From: Candidatus Saccharimonadota bacterium
GTDB lineage: Bacteria > Patescibacteriota > Gracilibacteria > UBA1369 > 2-02-FULL-48-14
Length of the DNA stretch: 32,000 bases
Reading direction: 5' to 3'
Assembly (NCBI GenBank): GCA_965230905.1
Contig: OZ246396.1
Location: 1 to 32,000 of the forward strand
The notes beneath the pieces are model-generated. The model was not told the origin of the DNA, made no database searches, and worked only from the letters and a program-made list of their open reading frames with translations. The position numbers and the translations under genes are program-made. Shown in pieces: positions 7,289-15,996 of the stretch; position 1 is the stretch's first letter; each line of letters opens with the position of its first letter.

Positions 7289-8478
7289 TCTTTGAGCATA
7301 ACGTAATACTTCAAATACTTCCCTTCTGGAAAGAAGAGGTTGAAGGGGTGGTCGATGGGCTGATTGCGCATTTCGAGCACGCGCAGCGTACAGTGAGCTT
7401 TTGCCGCCGCCATGACGAGCATCTTTTGGAAGAGTTCGTCGGTGACGTGAGCGGAGCAGGAACTGGAGACCAGTATGCCGCCTTTGGGCAGAAGTTGAAG
7501 CGCGCGTTCGTTGATGAAGGTGTAGCCTTGAAGTCCTTTTTTTAGACTCTTTTGATTTTTTACGAAGGCGGGCGGGTCGAGGATGATCACATCGAATTCG
7601 GTGCGCTGCTTGCGGTAGTCTTCTAAAAGATCGAACACGTCTTTGTCCAAAAATTCGTGTTTTTTGGGGTCGAGGCCATTGAGTTCAAAATTGCGTTTAG
7701 CGGTTTCCAGGGCCGGACCCGAGGAATCCACGCTGGTGACTTTTTTGGCTCCGGCAAGCGCCGCGTACAAAGAAAAACCACCGGTATAGGAGAAACAATT
7801 AAGGACGTTTTTATCTTTTACATAGGCTTGGAGCGCTTTGCGGTTTTCACGCTGATCCAAAAACATTCCCGTTTTTTGTCCGTCTTCAATGTTCACCAGC
7901 ATGGGCACCCCGTTTTCCAGAATTTCGATTTCCTTTTCAAAAGAAGCACCGTAGAGCAGACCCTTGGGCTGGTCGAGCAAACCTTCTTGAGCACGCACGC
8001 CAATGTCGCTACGTTCGTAGATGCTTTCGGGATTGAACACGGCCTTGAGCGCGGAGACCACCTCTTTTTTGAGGTATTCCATACCCATGGTGTGAACTTG
8101 AATCACGAGCACTTTATTGTAGCGGTCCACAATGAGTCCGGGCACGCCGTCGCTTTCGCCAAAGACCAAGCGATACGCGTTGGTGAGTTTGGTATCGATG
8201 AAGCGTTCGCGGATTTTTTTGAGTTCGGCGAAGCGTTTTACAAAAAAGTCAGTGTTGATGGGCTGTTGTGAGTCGAGCGTAAGGATGCGGACGGCGATTT
8301 GAGATTTTTCGTTGTAGTAACCACGCGCGAGGAATTTTTTTCCGCCGGAATCGTAGACGTCCACCAGGCTGCCACTTTCAATACCTCCAAAATATTGGAG
8401 GGCCATGGAAAAAATCCATGGATGACGGCTGTTCATGATGTGTTCTTTGCCCGGTTTTAGTAGAATTTTTGGATACAT
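7285..8478 (-). CDS. rlmI: 23S rRNA m5C1962 methyltransferase RlmI
   Basis: Collinear with E. coli RlmI as I recall it. Shared segments are RHPWIFS, YRLVFGESDGVPGLIVDRY, GQKTGMFLDQRENR, VLNCFSYTGGFSLYA, FDVIILDPPAF, GGILVSSSCS and PEGKYLK. Confidence 0.9.
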   Translation of the reverse strand: MYPKILLKPGKEHIMNSRHPWIFSMALQYFGGIESGSLVDVYDSGGKKFLARGYYNEKSQIAVRILTLDSQQPINTDFFVKRFAELKKIRERFIDTKLTNAYRLVFGESDGVPGLIVDRYNKVLVIQVHTMGMEYLKKEVVSALKAVFNPESIYERSDIGVRAQEGLLDQPKGLLYGASFEKEIEILENGVPMLVNIEDGQKTGMFLDQRENRKALQAYVKDKNVLNCFSYTGGFSLYAALAGAKKVTSVDSSGPALETAKRNFELNGLDPKKHEFLDKDVFDLLEDYRKQRTEFDVIILDPPAFVKNQKSLKKGLQGYTFINERALQLLPKGGILVSSSCSAHVTDELFQKMLVMAAAKAHCTLRVLEMRNQPIDHPFNLFFPEGKYLKYYVMLKD

Positions 8479-8482
8479 TGGG

Positions 8483-9016
8483 TCAATTTGATTCGTCCAT
8501 CTCTTTAGAAATTGCTTTTTTGAGAGCGGAAACGTTGGTTCGTTTTTTCATCTTCTTGAGTTCTGCGTCGTCTTCGGAGGCGAGCCCCAAATGATCGTGG
8601 ATTTCATCGAGCATAATTAGAATTCGGGTGATTTCTTGTTCGGCCTGTACGTTGATACGAAGGTCGATTTCTTCACGGAGATCCGCCACGCGGGAAGCCC
8701 GATTCTGGCTGATCAAAACAAAAATAGAAAGGAAAATGGCTTCCAAGGACACCATCATGGTGAGGAACCCAAAGGGATAAGGGTCGAACGGCGCAATGCC
8801 CGGCACCAGATTCAAATTGATCACAATCCAAATGGCGAACCAAAGGAAATTGGCGACAAAAAACCAGGTGGAGCCGAAAGCCTTGGTGATATGATCCGCG
8901 AGGCGATCCGTGAGGGTGCGCTCGGTGTCCATTTTAACCTTAAAACTCTTGATTTGGGCTTTCTTCTTTTTAAGAAGCTCGTTGGGGTCCTTGAGATCGA
9001 AAAATTCTTTGAACAT
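8483..9016 (-). CDS. DUF1003 domain-containing membrane protein
   Basis: The segment LTDRLADHITKAFGSTWFFVANFLWFAIWIVINL...PFDPYPFGFLTMMVSLEAIFLSIFVLISQNR matches the DUF1003 pattern. It lies 4 nt from both flanking genes. Confidence 0.8.
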   Translation of the reverse strand: MFKEFFDLKDPNELLKKKKAQIKSFKVKMDTERTLTDRLADHITKAFGSTWFFVANFLWFAIWIVINLNLVPGIAPFDPYPFGFLTMMVSLEAIFLSIFVLISQNRASRVADLREEIDLRINVQAEQEITRILIMLDEIHDHLGLASEDDAELKKMKKRTNVSALKKAISKEMDESN

Positions 9017-9020
9017 GCGG

Positions 9021-10496
9021 CTACTCTACCTTAAGGCTGATTTTTTTCAAAGGTGATAAGGCGGGGCCGTGCTGAACTTTGCCCAGAGCGGTGAATTGGG
9101 ACCCGTGGCAGGGACAGTCCCAGCACTTTTCACCGGTGTTCCATTTTACTATGCAACCCAAGTGCGGGCAGACCGCCGAGCGGGTGTGGAGTTTGCCAAA
9201 TTCGTCTTTATATACGGCCACTTTTTTCAGGTCTTTTTGAATGACGCAGCCTTCATTTTCTTTTAGGCCTTTGAGGGAGTCGCCGCCGATGGGAATGAGG
9301 TCCGCGTATTGGCAGGCCACGTTGAAGTTTTCTTTAAGATAAGTGGCGTTGAGTTTTTTTCGCGAGGGACGGTAGAGCGATTCCCAGGGAGATGTTTTGT
9401 GGAGTATGAGGTCGCGGATGAGGAGGCCGGACAGGGTTCCGTACGTAAGTCCGTTGCCGGAGAAACCGGTGGCTACATAAATGTGCTCGTTGCCGGGATT
9501 TTTTCCGATGAAGGCCAAGCCGTCCATGGTTTCCATCACCTGGCCCGACCAGCGGTATTCAATTTTATTTATTTGTGGGTAATTTTTGAGCGCCCACTTT
9601 TCGAGGTTTAGGAAACGGGCTTCCGTGTCTTTCTCTTGGCCGGTTTTGTGGTCCTCCCCTCCTATAATAAGGAGGTCGTGGGAGCTTTGTTTTTGAACGC
9701 GCACATAATGGTAGGCCTCCAGGTTGTCCCAAAACAGCATCGAGGGGACGCTGCCCGTGGGAATGCGCGCGGCGATGACGTAGCTGCGGTACGGATAAAG
9801 TTTAGTGTGGAGTTGAAAACGGTTCACCACCGGTGAATGCGTGGCCACGATGCAGTCCTTTCCCCAGATGGTTTGGCGAGTGCTGGTGGTCAGCGTGACG
9901 CCCTTTTTCTCGCTGAAGCCGGTGATGCGGGCTTGAAAAAAGCGGACGTTTTTAGCTTCGAGGATTTTGTGGAGGGCGCGGAGGTATTTTAGAGGATGGA
10001 ACTGGGCTTGGCGGGGAAAGTGCAGTGTGAGGTCTTTTTGAGTAGCAGCGCTGGGTGCGAGGCGGTCAAAGGCTTCCAGTTCTTTTTCCAGCTCTTCTTT
10101 TTGGTCTTCATAAAATTTCAGCTGGCCCTCCACGCGCTCAAAGTCGCAGTCGATTTTTTCTTTTTTAATAATGCGTTCGATTTCGCTGATGGCGGCATTG
10201 TGGCTTTCCCAAACCAGCTTGGCTTCTTTTTTGCCGTGATTTTTTTCGAGCTCAAAGTAGCGGTCGTCCAAAACGGCGGTGAGGTGAGCCGAGGTGTTTC
10301 CGGTTTCTCCCGCCGCGAGGCCACGCGAATCCAAAACCACCACACTTTTACCCGCTTCACTCAGGAGGTAGGCGGCGGTGATTCCACAGATTCCGGCACC
10401 CACAATAAGCACGTCTGCGCGCAGGTTTTTCTGCAAAGCAGCGAACGCGGCTGGCTTTTCATCGGATAGCCAAAAAGAAGTCGTAGACTTTTTCAT
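9021..10496 (-). CDS. FAD-dependent oxidoreductase with C-terminal Rieske [2Fe-2S] domain
   Basis: The N-terminal dinucleotide fold is [18 protein letters not shown]. The C-terminal Rieske ligand motifs are CPHLGC...(x)...CPCHGSQF. Confidence 0.85.
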   Translation of the reverse strand: MKKSTTSFWLSDEKPAAFAALQKNLRADVLIVGAGICGITAAYLLSEAGKSVVVLDSRGLAAGETGNTSAHLTAVLDDRYFELEKNHGKKEAKLVWESHNAAISEIERIIKKEKIDCDFERVEGQLKFYEDQKEELEKELEAFDRLAPSAATQKDLTLHFPRQAQFHPLKYLRALHKILEAKNVRFFQARITGFSEKKGVTLTTSTRQTIWGKDCIVATHSPVVNRFQLHTKLYPYRSYVIAARIPTGSVPSMLFWDNLEAYHYVRVQKQSSHDLLIIGGEDHKTGQEKDTEARFLNLEKWALKNYPQINKIEYRWSGQVMETMDGLAFIGKNPGNEHIYVATGFSGNGLTYGTLSGLLIRDLILHKTSPWESLYRPSRKKLNATYLKENFNVACQYADLIPIGGDSLKGLKENEGCVIQKDLKKVAVYKDEFGKLHTRSAVCPHLGCIVKWNTGEKCWDCPCHGSQFTALGKVQHGPALSPLKKISLKVE

Positions 10497-10637
10497 AATG
10501 CGCCGGAAGGAGTGTTTTTAGCATAGCGAAGTTCAAGCCCATAAGCAAATAATCACCGCTCAGCAAATTTTGTTGAAAGGTCTTGGCGAGGAAAAACGTT
10601 TCAACTAGTGAACTGCCTATTTTTAACCCTTTTCATT

Positions 10638-11078
10638 ATGACCCACGCAGAAGAACCCAAGGAAGGACACTTTTTACTAGGGCTAGCGGTCACAGCTGCT
10701 ATTGCCACCGGACTCGGCATTTTTCTTCGCAGTGAAAAAGGCGAGGAATTCCGGGATGAAGTTTCGGACCGCGCGAAAAAAATCGCCAAAAACTTCAATG
10801 CCACGCGTGCAGAACTTCAAGAGCGGGTGAAGGAAACCTTTGGCCAAGTGACTGATGATTTGGAAGAAAAGTATTTGGAGATTCAAGGGATGCTGATGGC
10901 TCAAGCCGATGACATGAAAGACGGCGCTGAGATGAGCAAAGAAAAGTATGAGGAAATGGTGGATAAAGCTGTAAAAAAATACGCCAAAGGACGTGAGTGG
11001 ACTACAGATGCCGTTGGAAATTTGAGCCGTACGCTGAAACGTGATTGGAAGAATTTTAAACAAGACATTAGTTCTTAA
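10638..11078 (+). CDS. YtxH domain-containing (general-stress-like) protein
   Basis: ORF 10608..11078 trimmed to ATG 10638. It has an N-terminal TM followed by a charged helical region (FLLGLAVTAAIATGLGIFLRSEKGEEFRDEVSDRAKK), typical of YtxH proteins. Confidence 0.65.
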   Translation: MTHAEEPKEGHFLLGLAVTAAIATGLGIFLRSEKGEEFRDEVSDRAKKIAKNFNATRAELQERVKETFGQVTDDLEEKYLEIQGMLMAQADDMKDGAEMSKEKYEEMVDKAVKKYAKGREWTTDAVGNLSRTLKRDWKNFKQDISS

Positions 11079-11089
11079 CCCCTATTTAT

Positions 11090-11245
11090 ATGTCAGTACT
11101 CGATGTAATCCTCGTTATTCTTTTAGTCGCTTGGCTTGGCGGTTATGGTTTCAACATTGGTGGAAATATCATTCACGTCTTGCTGGTGGTGGCTTTGGTC
11201 GTACTGGTTATGCGCCTACTGGGCGTTGGACACGTCAGTGCGTAG
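11090..11245 (+). CDS. lmo0937-family small membrane protein (51 aa)
   Basis: Below the ORF-track size cutoff. Hand translation gives MSVLDVILVILLVAWLGGYGFNIGGNIIHVLLVVALVVLVMRLLGVGHVSA*. The pattern (W..G...........IH.LLV.A....) matches the lmo0937/DUF5670-type miniproteins I remember. Confidence 0.55.
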   Translation: MSVLDVILVILLVAWLGGYGFNIGGNIIHVLLVVALVVLVMRLLGVGHVSA

Positions 11246-12461
11246 CCGCTGATTCCCCAGCCAAGTGCCCGGTGGCCCAGGCACACTGAAGGTTGTAGCC
11301 GCCCGTGAACCCGTCGATGTTCAAAACTTCTCCGGCAAAATAAACGCCGGGCGCGAGTTTTGACTCCAGGGTTCGCGGGTCTACTTCCCTTAGCTCCACT
11401 CCACCAGCGGTCACAAATTCATCTCCGGCTCCCCTTCCAATCAGCGTGAGCGGGAGGTTTTTTATTCGCTCGATGGTTTTTTGAATGTCCTTCTTGGCGA
11501 TTTCGCAGTTGTTTTTTTCGCCGTCGATGGAGAGCAACGTGCAGAGAGTGGCGGCAAGCGATTTTGGCATCCAGCGCGGAAGCGTATTTTTAAACATTTT
11601 CTTAGGATTGGCGACGAGTTCGTCTTTTAGTTCGGCTTCAAAAAGCGCCTGGTTGGTGAAGGGCTGCAGGTCGATGCTGAGCGGGAGCGGATGCTCGGGA
11701 TTGTATTCTTCAAAGGCGATGAGCGAAGACAGCGCGAAAACGGCCGGACCCGTAAGCCCGCGGTGCGTGAACAAAATCGGGCCGGTGAATTTTTCTTTTT
11801 GGGCGCGTAGTGTAACTTTCTGTAGTGACACACCCGCGAGTTCCTTTGGCCAAGTTTCTTTAGTGATGAAGGAGTTGAGGCTGGGCGCGAGTGCCGTGAC
11901 GGTGTGGCCAAGGGATTCAGAAAACGTGTAGCCGTCGCCGGTGGACCCGGTGTGACGGTAAGCCTGGCCGCCGGTGGTGAGGATTATTTTATCGGCCGAA
12001 ATGGACTCGTGATTTTTGAAGTGAAGGATGAAGCCGGCGGCGGACTTTTCTATTTTTTGTACATCGTGGCGAAGCAGCAACTGCGTGCCGTGTTTATAAA
12101 AAAGATTCTCAAAAATTCGCACAATGTCTTTCCCGTTGTCGGACTGGGGAAACACCCTCAGATCTTCTTCCGTTTTCAGCGGCACGCCGTGCGCTTCCAT
12201 CCATTGGTAAACCCGTTCGGGCGGAAAAGCGTGCATGGCCGAGGTGAGGAATTTCCCGCCGCGTGGGTAGCGGTCCAAAATGAGCCTTAAATCGGAAAAA
12301 CCCGTGGTCACATTGCAGCGTCCCCCACCTGAAATGATCACTTTTTGCCCGAGACTCGCGTTCTTTTCAATCAGCACGACTTCGGCTTCTGGATTGGTCT
12401 CGATTACAGCGGCGGCGGCCATCATTCCGGCGGCGCCTCCTCCAATTACAGCTATTTTCAT
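11235..12461 (-). CDS. HI0933/BaiN-family NAD(P)/FAD-dependent flavoprotein
   Basis: Motifs are MKIAVIGGGAAGMMAA, ISGGGRCNVT, TTGGQAY..TGSTGDGY and YFAGEVLNIDG.TGGYNLQ.AW.TG. Confidence 0.85.
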   Translation of the reverse strand: MKIAVIGGGAAGMMAAAAVIETNPEAEVVLIEKNASLGQKVIISGGGRCNVTTGFSDLRLILDRYPRGGKFLTSAMHAFPPERVYQWMEAHGVPLKTEEDLRVFPQSDNGKDIVRIFENLFYKHGTQLLLRHDVQKIEKSAAGFILHFKNHESISADKIILTTGGQAYRHTGSTGDGYTFSESLGHTVTALAPSLNSFITKETWPKELAGVSLQKVTLRAQKEKFTGPILFTHRGLTGPAVFALSSLIAFEEYNPEHPLPLSIDLQPFTNQALFEAELKDELVANPKKMFKNTLPRWMPKSLAATLCTLLSIDGEKNNCEIAKKDIQKTIERIKNLPLTLIGRGAGDEFVTAGGVELREVDPRTLESKLAPGVYFAGEVLNIDGFTGGYNLQCAWATGHLAGESAATH

Positions 12462-12501
12462 AAACCCAGTCTAGCAGATTGACAAAATCTACAAAATCGT
12501 T

Positions 12502-13098
12502 TTGAATGAGACACTCTTATACAAGACTATGCCCAGACGCAATTCCTTTGAAGCTTATGCACCTCGTAGTGAGCCCCTTTATATCGTTCAAGATAGACAG
12601 GGACAAGGGGTGACTTCAGAGGGACTGTACCTTGGCCCCCAACTGACCACCACTCAACTTCAACTTGAAAGAAGTCAGCGAGAAAATTACGCTGCAAGAG
12701 GTGTACGTGCGCTCAGGGTCAATACGGATGATCCTCGCGGCATTCATCTCTTACATTTAGAGGCTCATAAGGGTTCAAGTTTGGTTATAGGTACGGTTGG
12801 ACCTCAATGCGCTGAAGAGATAACACTCTTCGGTGAAAATTGTAATTTTAGCGCAATGCGGGGTGAGGACGTAAACAATTTACGATTGATAAACATTGAG
12901 GCTTTAGCTCCAACTTTACTGCTCACGCGCCAAGCGCTCACCGATGCCTTTACAGAATTCCATGGAGCAACACTGCGACCCAACTCTGGGGAAGATGGTT
13001 ATTTCCCCTATCCAGAGCTTAAATACAGTTTTGATGACTTTGCATTTATAGTTGAGCGGCGTGCTTCAATCAAAGCATTGTTCGCACTGATCGACTGA
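12502..13098 (+). CDS. hypothetical protein (198 aa; TTG start, or ATG at 12529)
   Basis: The ORF ends 14 nt before polX. No motif recognised. It is AT-richer than its neighbours (hand counts 26/60 and 23/60 G+C on lines 12781 and 12841). Confidence 0.5.
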   Translation: MNETLLYKTMPRRNSFEAYAPRSEPLYIVQDRQGQGVTSEGLYLGPQLTTTQLQLERSQRENYAARGVRALRVNTDDPRGIHLLHLEAHKGSSLVIGTVGPQCAEEITLFGENCNFSAMRGEDVNNLRLINIEALAPTLLLTRQALTDAFTEFHGATLRPNSGEDGYFPYPELKYSFDDFAFIVERRASIKALFALID

Positions 13099-13112
13099 GT
13101 TAAAATCTCAGT

Positions 13113-14069
13113 ATGATCAACGATAAAGTCACTCAAATTTTCATGGATATCGCGGATCTGCTGCAAGTGCAGGGCGAGAGTATTTTTCGTGTGCGGGCTT
13201 ATCAACGTGCGGCGGAAGTCATAAAAGGTCTGCCGTTGGATTTGGAAGAAATGTATACAAAAGACGAAGCCTCGCTGGAGGAAATTCCGGGTGTGGGAGC
13301 GGAGCTTAAACTCAAAATCATCGACATTATTAAGACGGGCACTACGCCGATGTATGAAGAGTTGGTTCGTAAGCTTGGACCGGGAGTTTTGCAAATGCTG
13401 AGGGTGCGCGGAGTGGGACCAAAAAAAGTGAAACTCTTTATGGAGCAGCTCGACATTCACGATGTGCCAGCTTTGAAAGCGGCTGGTGAAAGTGGCGCAC
13501 TCGCAACCTTGCCCGGCATGGGCGAAAAAAGTCAGTCCGCCATCATGGAATCTTTGTCACAAATGACGCATTTGAAAGAACGAACGCCTTATGCAGTAGC
13601 GCTCAAACAAGCCGAAGACATGATCGCGTATCTGCAAACCTGCGAGTACTTCGACCAAATTCAGTACGCCGGCAGTTTGCGCCGCAAAATGAAGACCATT
13701 GGGGACGTGGATATTTTGACGACCGGTTCGAATCACGAGGCCATGATGAAACACTTCCTCGCCTATCCCGGGTGCAAACAGGTTTTGGCGGACGGTGCCA
13801 CAAAGTGCAGCATCGTGACCGACATGGACATGCAGGTGGATTTGCGCGCCGTGCCCGAGGAAAGTTTTGGTGCCGCGCTGTTTTATTTCACGGGACCCAA
13901 GCATTTCAATATTCATGTTCGTACCATTGCGCTTAAACGCGGCTGGAAGATCAACGAATACGGCCTCTATGAAGGTGAAAATTTATTGGCGAGCAGCACG
14001 GAAGAAGAAATTTTTGAGCAACTGGGCCTGCCTTACATGACGCCGCAGCAACGAGAAGATTTTAAATAA
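13113..14069 (+). CDS. polX: family X DNA polymerase, polymerase-beta-like core only (no PHP domain)
   Basis: HhH motifs are IPGVGAELKLKI, VRGVGPKKVKLF and LPGMGEKSQSAI. The nucleotidyltransferase motif is GSLRRKMKTIGDVDIL. It also has a thumb region (FGAALFYFTGPKHFN, INEYGL). It ends at LGLPYMTPQQREDFK*, where full-length bacterial PolX proteins continue into a PHP domain. Confidence 0.85.
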   Translation: MINDKVTQIFMDIADLLQVQGESIFRVRAYQRAAEVIKGLPLDLEEMYTKDEASLEEIPGVGAELKLKIIDIIKTGTTPMYEELVRKLGPGVLQMLRVRGVGPKKVKLFMEQLDIHDVPALKAAGESGALATLPGMGEKSQSAIMESLSQMTHLKERTPYAVALKQAEDMIAYLQTCEYFDQIQYAGSLRRKMKTIGDVDILTTGSNHEAMMKHFLAYPGCKQVLADGATKCSIVTDMDMQVDLRAVPEESFGAALFYFTGPKHFNIHVRTIALKRGWKINEYGLYEGENLLASSTEEEIFEQLGLPYMTPQQREDFK

Positions 14070-14104
14070 CAGTGCGCTAGCACCTCTACAAAAAGATATT
14101 CCAC

Positions 14105-14806
14105 ATGCAACACTTCATCCTTCCCCATCCGCTCGAAGCAGACAAAGTCCGTATTTTTGATCGCAATACTTTGCAGCAAATGACCAAGGTGCTGCGTTTT
14201 CGTAAAGGTGATAAGTGCATGCTCATGGATGGCAAGGGCACCAAGGCCGAAGCAACGGTGGAAGAACTGCATTCCAAGGTGGCGGTACTGCATGTGCAAA
14301 ATCGAAGCGTGACTCCGGCGCCCGCGCGCAAGCTGCGACTCTACTGCGCCCTTTCCAAAAAACCGGGAACCTTCGAATTCATTTTGCAAAAAGCCACCGA
14401 GCTGCGCGCCACTGACCTCATTCCCCTCATCACCGAGCGCTGCCAAGTGAAATTTTTGAAGAAGCAAGAACGTTTGCTCGCCATTGTGAAAGAAGCCACG
14501 GAGCAATGTGAGAATCCCTTTTTACCTGAGATGCACGAAGCCATTGAACTCGATGCGCTTCTGGAAAAACTGCCTAGTGGGAAAGTCCTGGCCGGCGACC
14601 CGTGGACCTTTGATGCGCGTTTGAAGGACGTTGAAGTGGCGGCGGACGAAGACATCAACCTCATCATTGGCCCTGAAGGTGGACTCACTAAAGAGGAGCT
14701 CGAAGCAATACGCGCGGTGGGCGGCACTTTGTTCCAGCTCGGTGAAAGTGTGCTGCGAATGGAAACGGCTGCGCTTGCGAGTTTGGCCGTGATTCAATAT
14801 GCTTAG
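14105..14806 (+). CDS. rsmE: 16S rRNA m3U1498 methyltransferase RsmE
   Basis: The N-terminal PUA-like region contains H...VLR.R.GD. The C-terminal SPOUT knot motifs are IGPEGGLTKEELE and LGESVLRMETAAL. Confidence 0.9.
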   Translation: MQHFILPHPLEADKVRIFDRNTLQQMTKVLRFRKGDKCMLMDGKGTKAEATVEELHSKVAVLHVQNRSVTPAPARKLRLYCALSKKPGTFEFILQKATELRATDLIPLITERCQVKFLKKQERLLAIVKEATEQCENPFLPEMHEAIELDALLEKLPSGKVLAGDPWTFDARLKDVEVAADEDINLIIGPEGGLTKEELEAIRAVGGTLFQLGESVLRMETAALASLAVIQYA

Positions 14807-14824
14807 CCCATATAACCTCCTCTT

Positions 14825-15316
14825 ATGCGACGCCTCGCTCCCCTCTCTCTCGTTTTACTCCTCAGTGCTTGCAGCCTGATTGCTCCTTACAACATTACAT
14901 TCACCACTCCTAAAGACAGCGTGGTGGATCCAGCTACGGACACTTTGGATTTTGTGGTGAGCGCCGCAACTTTGGCCTACATTTCTGAAGTGGAATGTGA
15001 CGATGCGGATGATATCGATCTTTTACCTGTAGTTACGGACGAGATGGGGGTGAAGACGGCTCACAACTTGGCTTTGACCATGCTGAACGGCGCTCCTGGC
15101 GCAGAATGTGAAGTGACGGTAACTGCTTTTGACCAAAGCACCACCGCAACGGCTCGGGCTACCACCACTGTGGTGATTTTTGGCGAACCGGTGGAAGAGC
15201 CTGTAGTGGAAGAAGTGCCCGTGGTGGAAACGCCAGTTGAAGAGGAAGTGACTGTGGAAACGACCGTTGAAGCAGAAGCTGAAGTGCTTCCTGTGGAAGA
15301 AACCCCAGCAGAATAA
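14825..15316 (+). CDS. lipoprotein with acidic PVEE-type C-terminal repeats
   Basis: It has a lipobox LLSAC|S. A ~100-aa beta-rich region is followed by EPVEEPVVEEVPVVETPVEEEVTVETTVEAEAEVLPVEETPAE. Confidence 0.65.
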   Translation: MRRLAPLSLVLLLSACSLIAPYNITFTTPKDSVVDPATDTLDFVVSAATLAYISEVECDDADDIDLLPVVTDEMGVKTAHNLALTMLNGAPGAECEVTVTAFDQSTTATARATTTVVIFGEPVEEPVVEEVPVVETPVEEEVTVETTVEAEAEVLPVEETPAE

Positions 15317-15363
15317 TTTACAGGTTAAGAGTAACCCCTAGGGGTGAATTTTCAGGTTCAAAA

Positions 15364-15996
15364 ATGGAAAATTTAATTGCAGTTCTACAAAAGAAAAGCA
15401 CTGAGCTGAATTTATTTTCAGCCGGTGACCGCCTGAAGCTCGCGGATAAACACATCCCCGACGCCCTGGCGGTTTTAGATTTCTGGGAACCGGGCGCGCG
15501 AGTGGCGGATATTGGAACCGGCGGTGGACTGCCAGGTTTGGCGCTGGCCTGTGAACGAAGCGACCTGGAGTTTACGCTGGTGGATTCTACGGCTAAGAAA
15601 ATTGAAGCAATAATGGATATGGCTGAGGAATTGGATTTGCAGAATGTTCAGGGGCTAGTGGGCCGCTTCGAAGAATTGGCGCACGAGCGAAAATGGCGCG
15701 AACAGTTTGATACGGTAACGGCCCGCGCGGTGGCGGAATTGCCCGTGCTTTTGGAATATGTCGCAGGATTTTTGAAAGTCGGTGGAAAGTTTTACGCGTG
15801 GAAGGCGGATTATGCGGCGGAGTTGGAAGCTTCGCGCGCCGCTCAGGATATTTTGGGTTTGGAATTTGTGCGCGCGCACAAGTACACCCTGCCGACTGGA
15901 GAGGATCGAGCGATTTTAGAGTTTGAAAAAGTGGCGGCGCTGGCACGAGAGTATCCACGGATGAATGGGGTGCCTAAAGCGAAACCTTTAGCCTAG
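15364..15996 (+). CDS. rsmG: 16S rRNA m7G527 methyltransferase RsmG (GidB)
   Basis: The SAM motif is ADIGTGGGLPGLALA. It also contains DSTAKK and the family-typical RA.A.L..L.E.....L..GG. Confidence 0.9.
   Translation: MENLIAVLQKKSTELNLFSAGDRLKLADKHIPDALAVLDFWEPGARVADIGTGGGLPGLALACERSDLEFTLVDSTAKKIEAIMDMAEELDLQNVQGLVGRFEELAHERKWREQFDTVTARAVAELPVLLEYVAGFLKVGGKFYAWKADYAAELEASRAAQDILGLEFVRAHKYTLPTGEDRAILEFEKVAALAREYPRMNGVPKAKPLA

Noticed and set aside
15334-15345. The palindrome ACCCCTAGGGGT followed by gaatttt between the lipoprotein gene and rsmG, considered as an intrinsic terminator. The small hairpin GTGGC-gtca-GCCAC at 5243-5256 was considered likewise.
   Set aside because: The stems are only 4-5 bp, with a sterically tiny loop or no U-tract. 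This is too weak to call, and the flanking genes look co-transcribed.
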